A stretch of DNA of 59,022 bases from NCBI GenBank assembly GCA_030432925.1, contig JAUILT010000003.1, forward strand, positions 1-59,022, read 5' to 3'. Below, in pieces: positions 47,276-55,777 of the stretch (position 1 is its first letter; each line of letters opens with the position of its first letter). A program made the translations under genes and the position numbers. The notes under the pieces are model-generated. The model was not told where the DNA came from. It ran no database searches and saw nothing but the letters and a program-made list of their open reading frames with translations. The DNA is from Bdellovibrionia bacterium (lineage in GTDB: Bacteria; Bdellovibrionota; Bdellovibrionia; Bdellovibrionales; UBA1609).

Positions 47276-48187
47276 ATGTCAGAAATACTTGTTGTTGGAA
47301 GTGTTGCCTATGACACGATTTCCACGCCCAATGGCAAAGTGGAAAAAACTCTGGGAGGGTCGGCCAATTACTTCAGTCTTGCTTCCTCGCTGTACTCTAA
47401 GGTCAATGTTGTGGGTGTTGTGGGAGATGATTATAATATCGATGACCTAGAGATGCTGAAGTCCCGAAAAGTCTGTGTGGAAGGTCTGCAACAGATGCCT
47501 GGAAAGACTTTTCATTGGGAAGGTAAATACGAGTTTGACATGAATGAAGCCATTACCATTGAGACTCAGCTCAATGTTTTTGAATCTTTTGATCCCACAT
47601 TGCCAGATGGCTATAAAAATTCTGACTACGTGTTTCTGGCCAATATTGATCCAAATCTGCAACTGAATGTTCTGGAGCAAATTAAAGAGCCCAGGCTAGT
47701 AGGGGCCGACACAATGAACTTTTGGATCTCTTCAAAAAAAGACTCATTGAAAGAGGTTCTTAAAAAAGTAGACGTGTTGCTGATTAACGAGGGAGAGGCC
47801 CGCGATCTGACTGGCAATTGGAACACCATTGCCGCTGCTAGAGAGATTTGTGCTATGGGTCCGAAAGGGGTTGTGATCAAGCGGGGTGAGTATGGGTTTG
47901 TAATGTATGCCGATGGGCAGTATTTTATTTTACCCGCCTTTCCTGTGGAGACAGTGATTGACCCGACAGGAGCCGGTGATACTTTTGCGGGTGGTTTTTT
48001 TGGATACCTTGCTAAGACAAAGGAGGGGTTTAGCTTTTCTCATTTAAAGCAGGCCTGCATCCATGGGTGTTTACTGGCCAGTTTTACTGTTGAGGGGTTT
48101 GGGGTCGAGAGTATAAAAAGTGTTTCCTGGACAGATGTCGAGAAACGCATGTCCAATTACTACAAGGTGATTGCCTATAATTCTTGA
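47276..48187 (+). CDS. PfkB-family carbohydrate/nucleoside kinase
   Basis: LGGSANY and DPTGAGDTFAGGFFGYL are present. The substrate cannot be assigned from sequence. Confidence 0.8.
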   Translation: MSEILVVGSVAYDTISTPNGKVEKTLGGSANYFSLASSLYSKVNVVGVVGDDYNIDDLEMLKSRKVCVEGLQQMPGKTFHWEGKYEFDMNEAITIETQLNVFESFDPTLPDGYKNSDYVFLANIDPNLQLNVLEQIKEPRLVGADTMNFWISSKKDSLKEVLKKVDVLLINEGEARDLTGNWNTIAAAREICAMGPKGVVIKRGEYGFVMYADGQYFILPAFPVETVIDPTGAGDTFAGGFFGYLAKTKEGFSFSHLKQACIHGCLLASFTVEGFGVESIKSVSWTDVEKRMSNYYKVIAYNS

Positions 48188-48196
48188 GGTGGATCA

Positions 48197-48220
48197 AAGG
48201 TCCTGAATGGACCTCTTCTT
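48197..48220 (+). terminator. Weak terminator-like hairpin after the PfkB kinase gene
   Basis: AGGTCC (48198-48203), loop tgaat, GGACCT (48209-48214), then CTTCTTT. The stem is short and the T-run imperfect. Confidence 0.4.
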
Positions 48221-48313
48221 TGGTCGGAATTTGTCTTTAAAACAGCTCGGAAAGTGGGTTTTGCCACTGGTGTCTATTAATCAATTTCTTATACTTTCCG
48301 ATACCTTAACAGG

Positions 48314-49321
48314 ATGAAGTCAAAAAAAGGAAAAGCTCTTGCTGCCAAGCTCATCGATGACCTGTTGGGTGACGGGTCTGAGAACAGTTCAGTGCAGGAA
48401 GAAGTACAACATTCAGATAAGGGCCAAAGCGATGAAAATGTCGTTGAGTTGAGCCAATCCATTGTGATCGATAACTCCGATCCTTTTGTTATCCCTCATG
48501 AAGATGAAAACGATGCTACAGTAAAAATCAATGAATCTAAAATTATTCCAGTCCCCACAGAGCCGCGTAAGACAAAAGTAGCGGCCTCAGAAAGTACTCA
48601 GATAGTGGGTGTTAGAAAAAGTATAGACACTCAGAAGGAAGAGCCCTCTTTTGCTGGTTTGACTTCATCCAATATCAAAGCCAGTGTGGGTCGTTATGTT
48701 GGAGCGGGAGGAATGAGTTCTCCAGCTCAGACAACTCTTGTTCAGAGTGAAAACTTGAGGGTGGCTCAGCAGAAAATTTTGGAACTAGAAGAGGAGATTT
48801 CTCGACTTCGGACAGAAAACGAAGATCTAGCAGCCGCTGGAGAAACGCTTCGTCGGGTGGCGGATGAATCTACAGCGGCTCAAGAAATTTTAGAAAGGCG
48901 CCTGGAAAATATCAAAGACCTTGCTCAACAAGAACAGCAGTTGATGAAAGAAAATGTGGAGACAAAAGACCGCCGTCTTGCGGAGATGCAAAATAAGATT
49001 GAAGAAATGGAACTTCGCTTATCGACAAATATTCAAAAGATTCGAGTGCGTGAAAGAGAGCTTGAGAACCGGTTAGAATTGGTTCGGCTTGAGGGTGAGG
49101 CTTTGGCTCGGAGCAAAGATGAGTTGGTTTTAGATTTGAAGCGTCAGGTAGATCAACTGAATATGGAGCTTGAAAACTATCGATCTAAAGGTCAGGAGCT
49201 AAACTCTCAACTCAAGGATAAGCAAGAGCTTCTTCGTAGAACAGTTAAAGCTCTTCGTTTGGCCCTGTCGATGCTTGAGGGAGATGAAGAAATTAATTTT
49301 TCCTTGAAGAAGGTGAAATAG
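48314..49321 (+). CDS. Coiled-coil protein of unknown function
   Basis: The 335-aa ORF has an acidic and probably disordered N-terminal ~150 aa. The C-terminal ~180 aa has heptad-like E/L/R/K-rich sequence. The stop is immediately followed by the GTG start of the next gene. Confidence 0.65.
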   Translation: MKSKKGKALAAKLIDDLLGDGSENSSVQEEVQHSDKGQSDENVVELSQSIVIDNSDPFVIPHEDENDATVKINESKIIPVPTEPRKTKVAASESTQIVGVRKSIDTQKEEPSFAGLTSSNIKASVGRYVGAGGMSSPAQTTLVQSENLRVAQQKILELEEEISRLRTENEDLAAAGETLRRVADESTAAQEILERRLENIKDLAQQEQQLMKENVETKDRRLAEMQNKIEEMELRLSTNIQKIRVRERELENRLELVRLEGEALARSKDELVLDLKRQVDQLNMELENYRSKGQELNSQLKDKQELLRRTVKALRLALSMLEGDEEINFSLKKVK

Positions 49322-50704
49322 GTGGCAATTCAGGCTTTACTTATCACTTCTAAAAATAATTATCTTTGTGGATTTGAGCAGGTATTAAGGGAGAACTCCA
49401 TAGATCTACAGGTCTTTAAAATCTCCGAGAATATTTCTGACACAATGAGAAATATTGATATAATTATTCACAGTGGTGCTGATGAAGACGACAGTTGGAA
49501 AGCCTTGCTAGAAATTAAAAGGGATCATCCAGAAATGCCTGTTGTCTCTGTTTTTCCGGCATCTGCAAGTATTGCCGGTAAGCTTGGGGACCCTGAAGGG
49601 GTAAAGTGGATTCAGCCCTTGACGTCCAAAAAAAAATTTTTACAAACAGTTGTGGACCTTGTGAGGCAACGACGAATTTTGAAAAGTAAGGCGATGGAGC
49701 CATTAACAAATCCTCCATTTTCAATTCAGAAGAATTTTTTTGATACCATTGAAATCAATGAAGTTTTAGACCAAGCCTTATCTCACTTTGGATCTAAAGT
49801 ACTATGTAAAAATATTCATTGGATTCAATGGAGCGAAATTCAACACCTCTCTGAGGCCGATGTTGAATCTTTAAACCTTGAAATTGAAACTAAGTATCAT
49901 AGAACTCCAAAAATTCGTTCCAAAGAAAGTTCTGAGGTTCGACATATTGTGGATCTTGCAAGGAGTTTCCCTTTAAAAAAGCGTTTACATCACCTGGCCC
50001 AAGGTGGGCACTTACTGCAAACTGCTCGAGGGACACAGCATTTATTATTTCCCATTCAGTGCTCTGAGGGTAAGAAAAATATTGCATGTCTTCTGGTGGA
50101 GGATCTGCACGATGGTGAATCGGAGTTTATTGTTAATATGATGCGAGATGTATTGAAGAGAATGGTGCGACATATTGAATTTGGTTATCAGTTGTGGGAG
50201 GCAAGAAATCTTTCTTTTTCTGATGATTTGACAGATCTTTATAATCAAAGATATCTGCCTCATGTCTTGGATACGGAAATTTCTCGAGCAAGAAGAACTT
50301 GCACAAAATTTTCTGTTTTATTTATGGATCTGGATCATTTTAAAAAAGTGAATGACTCAAAAGGCCACTGGGTTGGCTCAAAGCTTCTTGTGGAAGTGGG
50401 AAAAGTTGTTAAAAGCAATATTCGTAGCTGCGATTATGGGTTCCGTTATGGTGGAGACGAATATGTTGTTATTCTTGTGGATACGGATGTCAAGGGCGCA
50501 GAAATTGTTGGGGAACGCTTGAGAAAGGAAGTGGAAGAAGCTCACTTTTTAGTAGATGGTCACAGAATCAAATTGACCATTAGTGTAGGGGTTGCTTGTT
50601 TTCCAGATCATGCAGCTAACCGACAAGATATTATAAAAATGGCCGATGAAGCTATGTATTTGGGGAAACACAAGAGCAGAAATATAGTTTACGTCGCTGG
50701 TTGA
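49322..50704 (+). CDS. GGDEF-domain protein (GGDEY variant) with a receiver-like N-terminal domain
   Basis: The C-terminal domain has DLDHFKKVND, the I-site-like RSCD five residues before GGDEY, and a YLGKHKSRN ending. The N-terminal ~120 aa has REC-like topology but lacks the usual acidic DD pair (ALLITSKNNY). Confidence 0.8.
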   Translation: MAIQALLITSKNNYLCGFEQVLRENSIDLQVFKISENISDTMRNIDIIIHSGADEDDSWKALLEIKRDHPEMPVVSVFPASASIAGKLGDPEGVKWIQPLTSKKKFLQTVVDLVRQRRILKSKAMEPLTNPPFSIQKNFFDTIEINEVLDQALSHFGSKVLCKNIHWIQWSEIQHLSEADVESLNLEIETKYHRTPKIRSKESSEVRHIVDLARSFPLKKRLHHLAQGGHLLQTARGTQHLLFPIQCSEGKKNIACLLVEDLHDGESEFIVNMMRDVLKRMVRHIEFGYQLWEARNLSFSDDLTDLYNQRYLPHVLDTEISRARRTCTKFSVLFMDLDHFKKVNDSKGHWVGSKLLVEVGKVVKSNIRSCDYGFRYGGDEYVVILVDTDVKGAEIVGERLRKEVEEAHFLVDGHRIKLTISVGVACFPDHAANRQDIIKMADEAMYLGKHKSRNIVYVAG

Positions 50705-50713
50705 GAGAGAGTT

Positions 50714-51829
50714 ATGCAGGAGCAGCAACAAAAGTCTGAGCAACAACAAAAAAAAAGGCTGAAATTAATCGTTAGTGATTTGCACTTGGGATTAGGTCGA
50801 GTTTTAGATAGTGGGCAAATCAACTCTCTTGAAGAATTTTATTTTGATGAGAAATTTGTAGAGTTTATCCATTATTATCAAACTGGAAAGTACGTGGATT
50901 ATAATGTGGAACTTATCATGAATGGTGATATACTCAACTTTTTACAGGTAGACTATCGTGATCATTATTTAACAGTGATCACAGAGTCAGTAACTGTGGA
51001 AAAGTTGAAGCGAATTGTTGCAGGTCACCCATCATTTTTTAATGCGCTTAAGGATTTTGCCCGTAAAGAGGGAAACTCTATTACCTATGTAGTGGGTAAT
51101 CATGATCAAGGTATGCTTTGGCCAGGGGCCAGGGAGTATTTTAATGAAGTTCTTGAAACTCAGGTAAAATATAAAAATCTAGTTTATTATTTTGATGGGG
51201 TTCATATTGAACATGGGCATATGCATGAAGCGGCCAATCGCTTGGATCCCAGAAGGTTTTTTTTGAAAAAAAATTTGGCAGAACCTATTTTAAACCTGCC
51301 CTTTGGATCTCATTTTTTTGTAGAATTTGTTCTCAAGGTGAAACATCGTTACCCTCATGTGGATAAAATTCGACCATTTAATAGAATGGTGCGCTGGTCA
51401 TTGTTCAACGAAACCATGATGGCAGTGAAATCTATTTTTGGACTGCTAGCCTATTTTGCCAAGTCGGCCCTTATTAATGATCCCAGACGCTCTTTTCCTT
51501 TTAAGCGTGTTGCTAAGGTATTACTGGAAAGTGCTGTTTTTCCAGACCTTAGTGAGTCTGCGCGTAAGATTCTTTTGGATGAGCGGGTACATACAGTAGT
51601 GTTTGGACACACCCACGTCTATCAATATAGACAGTGGGGAAGAAACATGGAGTATTTCAATACAGGAACATGGACAGATATTACCTCTCTTGATATATCT
51701 TCACTGGGTAAGATCACCAAGCTCACTTATGTGGTTCTTGATTACTCTGAAAACCCAGAGCGACCCCATGGCCGATTGAAGCAGTGGCATGGATATCATC
51801 GGATTGAAGAGGATGTAGCGATTTCATGA
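50714..51829 (+). CDS. Calcineurin-like metallophosphoesterase
   Basis: VSDLHLG, NGDILNF, GNHD, EHGHMHE and FGHTH. Confidence 0.8.
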   Translation: MQEQQQKSEQQQKKRLKLIVSDLHLGLGRVLDSGQINSLEEFYFDEKFVEFIHYYQTGKYVDYNVELIMNGDILNFLQVDYRDHYLTVITESVTVEKLKRIVAGHPSFFNALKDFARKEGNSITYVVGNHDQGMLWPGAREYFNEVLETQVKYKNLVYYFDGVHIEHGHMHEAANRLDPRRFFLKKNLAEPILNLPFGSHFFVEFVLKVKHRYPHVDKIRPFNRMVRWSLFNETMMAVKSIFGLLAYFAKSALINDPRRSFPFKRVAKVLLESAVFPDLSESARKILLDERVHTVVFGHTHVYQYRQWGRNMEYFNTGTWTDITSLDISSLGKITKLTYVVLDYSENPERPHGRLKQWHGYHRIEEDVAIS

Positions 51830-53058
51830 TCAAGTTGCACAAGTCCAATAGGCAGTTGAGAGAATCCACTCTTCAACACGCGAATAATAGCCTGGAAGCA
51901 CTATTGGCCAGAAAGGATTTAGGGTTTTTTAAATTGCCCCAAAGGGACAAGGTCTGGGAGAGCTGTGCACAGAGATCTTTACAAATTCAGAACCTATTTG
52001 ATCATTTTGTTTTTATTGGAATTGGTGGAAGTGGGTTGGGGGGCAGAGCCATTGTCCACGCGATGCAGTATTGTTATCCAGCAGAAAAGATATCTTTTCT
52101 TGAAAATGTAGACCCACTGACTATTTCAAACCTATTGGCTTCAAAAACACACTTCAAAAAAACCCATTGGTGTTTGATATCAAAAAGTGGGTCCACATTA
52201 GAGACGTTGTCTGTAGCTAATAGAATCAATGAACATCTCGAAAAGCAGGGACTTAACTTGTCAGACTGTTGCACAGTGATCAGTGAGTCTAAAGAAAGCC
52301 CTTTAACAAAATGGGCGAAGTCTTCAGGCGTACCCATTTTGGTTATAGATTTTGACATTGGAGGACGGTTTTCTGTTCTCAGTCCCGTGGGGCTTCTTCC
52401 TGCATCCTGTCTAGGTGTGGATCTTGATAAACTGCGATCTGGGGCTTTTTGGGCATTGGAGCAAAAAGAGTTAATTTGCCAGTTGGTAGCTCATTCTATA
52501 GAGAGCTTTGAAAGGCAGGAGTTTATCACCCAGTTTTGGTTTTATGCAGATGGATTGAAAGTCTTTTCAGAGTGGGTAATGCAGCTTTGGGCCGAATCTT
52601 TGGCAAAAAAGCAGACTCTTGATGGTATGCCAGCACCAAGAGTCAGTACACCTATGGGTTGTGTTGGGGCCATTGATCAGCACTCGATCCTCCAGCAAGT
52701 CATGGAAGGGGCCCGTGACAAGATGATCTGGATGAGTCGAGTAAAATCTGTTGAGGCTGGCGGTGAACCTACAATGAATATATTTTCTGATTTTAGTTTT
52801 CTGGATACAAAAAGTATTGGAGATGTTCTTGCTGCAGAGGCTTCAGGAATGTATTCCGCTTATGTGAAAGAAGATATATCAGTTTTAGAAGTTCAATGGC
52901 AGGACCTGAGTCCAGAGTGCCTTGCTGCAGGTTTTATGATTTTTGAACTGGTTGTGGGAGCATTGGGGCAGGCACTGAACATTAATGCTTTTGACCAACC
53001 AGGAGTCGAGCTGGGCAAAAAACTAGCTAAAAAAGTATTAGCACTCCATAAAATTTAA
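51826..53058 (+). CDS. pgi: Glucose-6-phosphate isomerase (short bacterial form)
   Basis: FIGIGGSGLGGRA, LISKSGSTLET, GGRFSVLS and an FDQPGVELGK ending. Confidence 0.88.
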   Translation: MIKLHKSNRQLRESTLQHANNSLEALLARKDLGFFKLPQRDKVWESCAQRSLQIQNLFDHFVFIGIGGSGLGGRAIVHAMQYCYPAEKISFLENVDPLTISNLLASKTHFKKTHWCLISKSGSTLETLSVANRINEHLEKQGLNLSDCCTVISESKESPLTKWAKSSGVPILVIDFDIGGRFSVLSPVGLLPASCLGVDLDKLRSGAFWALEQKELICQLVAHSIESFERQEFITQFWFYADGLKVFSEWVMQLWAESLAKKQTLDGMPAPRVSTPMGCVGAIDQHSILQQVMEGARDKMIWMSRVKSVEAGGEPTMNIFSDFSFLDTKSIGDVLAAEASGMYSAYVKEDISVLEVQWQDLSPECLAAGFMIFELVVGALGQALNINAFDQPGVELGKKLAKKVLALHKI

Positions 53059-53114
53059 ATTTTATGGAGTACTAGGTTGTCGAAATTCCTTAAAAATTTT
53101 AGAATAATGAAATC

Positions 53115-54053
53115 ATGAGTGAGTACAACGACGACGATAATACAGACTTTGCTGACAAAACCAGTATTATGCAGAGTGATACATTTAAGTTGCGATTGGC
53201 AGAAGCAGGTAAAGCTCCGCCGTCCTTGGTTCTTTTGGTGGGGCCGGCCAGCAGTGTAGGGCGACAGTGGCCGCTGGAAGATACTGATAGAATTATTGGT
53301 CGCTCTCCCAACGCCCATATTTATGTAGATGATAAAAGTGTTTCCAAAAGCCACGCAAAAGTTATGCTTCAAGGTGGAGATGTCACCATGATGGATTTAG
53401 AATCCACCAATAAGACAGTAATTAATGGTAAGTTGATCGCTCCTTTGTCGCCCATAAAGCTTTCTAATAATGATCAGATCAAGTGCGGAAATGTTATTTT
53501 TAAGTTTTTGGAACAGGGAAATCTGGAAACTGTGGCCTCTGCCCAAACTTATGGGCGAAGCCAGACAGATGCTCTAACAGGGATTGCCAATAGAGGAGCC
53601 TTGAATATCAAGGGGCCAGAAGCCTACAAGCGCTCGGGCTTATTGGGGATTCCTCTGAGCCTTATCGCCTTTGACATTGATCACTTTAAAAAAGTCAACG
53701 ATACTTATGGGCACCCTGCTGGTGATTATGTTCTCAAAGAAATTGCTCGTGTGATTGGCACTCGCCTGATTCGAGGAAATGACTTTTTCTCTAGAACAGG
53801 AGGCGAGGAGTTCACCTTACTCCTATTGGGAAGTAACTTGAAAACAGCAGAGGAAGTGGCCGAACGGATCCGTCAAACAATTGAAGCACATCAGTTTCAA
53901 TTTGAAGGAACAGATATACCCATTACTATTTCAGCAGGGGTGGCCATAAAAAATGATCAAGACCCCAATTGGGAAGCCGTTTACGAAAGGGCTGACAAGG
54001 CTCTTTATCACTCCAAAAATACAGGCCGAAACAGGGTTTCTGTCGCTGAATAG
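53115..54053 (+). CDS. dgcB: FHA-domain diguanylate cyclase (DgcB-like)
   Basis: An N-terminal acidic tail is followed by FHA motifs (IIGRSPNAHIYVDDKSVSKSHAKV...STNKTVINGK). The GGDEF domain has DIDHFKKVND, the I-site RGND and an active-site GGEEF. Confidence 0.8.
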   Translation: MSEYNDDDNTDFADKTSIMQSDTFKLRLAEAGKAPPSLVLLVGPASSVGRQWPLEDTDRIIGRSPNAHIYVDDKSVSKSHAKVMLQGGDVTMMDLESTNKTVINGKLIAPLSPIKLSNNDQIKCGNVIFKFLEQGNLETVASAQTYGRSQTDALTGIANRGALNIKGPEAYKRSGLLGIPLSLIAFDIDHFKKVNDTYGHPAGDYVLKEIARVIGTRLIRGNDFFSRTGGEEFTLLLLGSNLKTAEEVAERIRQTIEAHQFQFEGTDIPITISAGVAIKNDQDPNWEAVYERADKALYHSKNTGRNRVSVAE

Positions 54054-54432
54054 ATTTTCTTTTCTATGACTTCATTGCATGTGGTGTATTTGTGGCCCTG
54101 TAAATAATGTGGTCAGACAGAGTTCCACCACCACTCATCGTCAACGAATTGATCACATTCCCACTAAAGTCGAGGTTTTTCAAACAGGGACGATGAAAAG
54201 GGGGCGGCAAAATGACACCAATAAGTTTGGCAAAGAGCTTGCTATAGACATGGGTGGGGAAAGGACAGGCGGTGAGGAAAGCTCATGGTCACCGTATATT
54301 AGAAAATCATGTAAGCTCTTAAGTCCTTAATATCAATTGGTAATATTTTTACTCATCAAGATTCTTCTGCAATGACAGATATTTTTTAACCTTTATGGTC
54401 TTTGGGCCAGTCACAAAGGAGATGAGACGCTT

Positions 54433-55038
54433 ATGAAAGCTGATCAACAACTTATTGAAGAAGTAAAGCAGGGGCACACAGCCGCCTTTGCGGTATTAGT
54501 GGAAAGGCACCAGACGACGATTATGAAAGCAGCTCTACGAGTCACACGTGATATGACAATGGCCGAAGATGTCGTTCAGGAAAGCTTTATCAAAGCTTTT
54601 CAAAAGCTGGATTCTTTTGAGGGGCGCTCCTCTTTTAAAAGTTGGTTGTATCAAATTACTTTAAACACGGCTCGTAATAAACTGCGATCTAATAAAAGAG
54701 AAAGTGTAAGTCTTGAAAATCTGGTGCTGAGCACTGATGGACATATTGAAGCCCAACTCCATAGAGCGTCCGTTTTTGAAATGATAAAATCTGAAATTGA
54801 TGAGTTACCGGACAAACAAAGGCAAGCCATTTCTCTGAGAGTTTTTGATGATCTAAGTTTTCGAGAAATTTCAGAGATCATGAACTGTCCTTACGATACA
54901 GCCAAAGCTAACTACAGACATGCTTTGTTGAAATTGAAAGCAAAATTGGAAATTCATCCTGAATTCAAACTGATGAGAGAAAAAGGCAATTACAATATTA
55001 ACGAAAATAAAGGAACTTTTGTGGAGGTTGAGTCATAA
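54433..55038 (+). CDS. ECF (RpoE-like) sigma-70 family factor
   Basis: Region 2 is AEDVVQESFIKAF and SFKSWLYQITLNTARN. Region 4 is LPDKQRQAISLRVFDDLSFREISEIM. The start lies behind AAGGAG. Confidence 0.88.
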   Translation: MKADQQLIEEVKQGHTAAFAVLVERHQTTIMKAALRVTRDMTMAEDVVQESFIKAFQKLDSFEGRSSFKSWLYQITLNTARNKLRSNKRESVSLENLVLSTDGHIEAQLHRASVFEMIKSEIDELPDKQRQAISLRVFDDLSFREISEIMNCPYDTAKANYRHALLKLKAKLEIHPEFKLMREKGNYNINENKGTFVEVES

Positions 55039-55328
55039 TGTTTGAGGAACAAGATAACAAAATAGATTGGGGCTGGATGTGGGTTGACTTTATTGAGGGG
55101 GAGGTTGAGTCAAGTTTGGAGAAGGACATGCAAGAACTTCTGCGCCTGTCTCCGGAACAGCGTGAAAGTGTGGAAACTATGCTATGGGCCAAAGAGATGA
55201 TCAAGTGTATTGATCCCTCGCATGAAGACTACTTAAGGAACTGGAATCGCAAAGGCAGCCTATCCAAAATTATGGATGCCTGCGATAAAGTGCAAAGAGA
55301 TCAATGGAAAAAATTCCTTAGAACTTAG
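55038..55328 (+). CDS. Putative cognate anti-sigma factor (small, soluble)
   Basis: Support is positional only. The ATG overlaps the sigma-factor stop (TAATG). The 96-aa acidic protein has no TM segment and no zf-HC2 motif. Confidence 0.45.
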   Translation: MFEEQDNKIDWGWMWVDFIEGEVESSLEKDMQELLRLSPEQRESVETMLWAKEMIKCIDPSHEDYLRNWNRKGSLSKIMDACDKVQRDQWKKFLRT

Positions 55329-55426
55329 GATTTTTTATTCGGTTGGAAATCCATTTGCCAAAGTAATACCCACCTGCCAATATACCTCCACTGTCGCAAT
55401 GCTATATTCTAAAAAGTGGGTGGAGT

Positions 55427-55777
55427 ATGAAATTCATCGCAATATTACTACAGCTTATCGGCTCTGTAGCCTTTGCTGAAGTGGGTTCTTTTGAGTCTTT
55501 TCTCAATCAACAATCTGTGACAACCATTTCGCCGGTACAGTTTGAAGGGGCTCCCATTGTTGCTCGCAGTAAAAAAGGGCTGTTGGACGCAACTATGATC
55601 TGTGCGGCATTGGGGTTTGATCGTGTGGTCTCTTCATCTGTGGAGTTCAGGCAGTTTCAGATGGGTGACCGGGTAGCTTTCTTAAAAAGTGTTGCTGGAG
55701 GAGTTCCTGTGATCGATATAGAGCCCGTCGGGGCCAGAAAAATGAGTGTACTCACTTCTGTTGAGTGTGCCCGATAG
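55427..55777 (+). CDS. Small exported protein of unknown function
   Basis: Signal peptide MKFIAILLQLIGSVAFA. The protein is 116 aa with 2 Cys. Confidence 0.55.
   Translation: MKFIAILLQLIGSVAFAEVGSFESFLNQQSVTTISPVQFEGAPIVARSKKGLLDATMICAALGFDRVVSSSVEFRQFQMGDRVAFLKSVAGGVPVIDIEPVGARKMSVLTSVECAR

Noticed and set aside
48278-48304. Sigma-28-like TAATCAAT-N11-TCCGATAC upstream of the coiled-coil gene
   Set aside because: The -35 half is poor. The -10 ends only 9 nt before the annotated ATG, leaving no room for a leader and RBS.
53055-53372. 105-aa minus-strand ORF spanning the pgi/dgcB junction
   Set aside because: It overlaps the start of the well-supported FHA-GGDEF gene in antisense, and its composition is implausible.
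54079-54330. 83-aa plus-strand ORF in the spacer before the ECF sigma gene
   Set aside because: It has no Shine-Dalgarno sequence, no hydrophobic core or motif, and a Thr/Gly/Arg-rich composition. I treat the region as non-coding; see the finding on the spacer.
54387-54415. ECF-type promoter candidate TAACCTT-N16-GTCACA upstream of the sigma gene
   Set aside because: The -10 element would put the transcription start on or after the AAGGAG ribosome-binding site (54416-54421). The match rests on only AAC and GTC.
54054-54432. Possible c-di-GMP-I (GEMM-I) riboswitch between the two GGDEF-rich areas
   Set aside because: Only scattered fragments are present (GGGACG, GGCAAA, GAAAAG). Their order and spacing do not fit the conserved architecture of a GGCAAACC element, then a GNRA loop, then GACGCAAAGCC. 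An Rfam scan would be needed to be certain.
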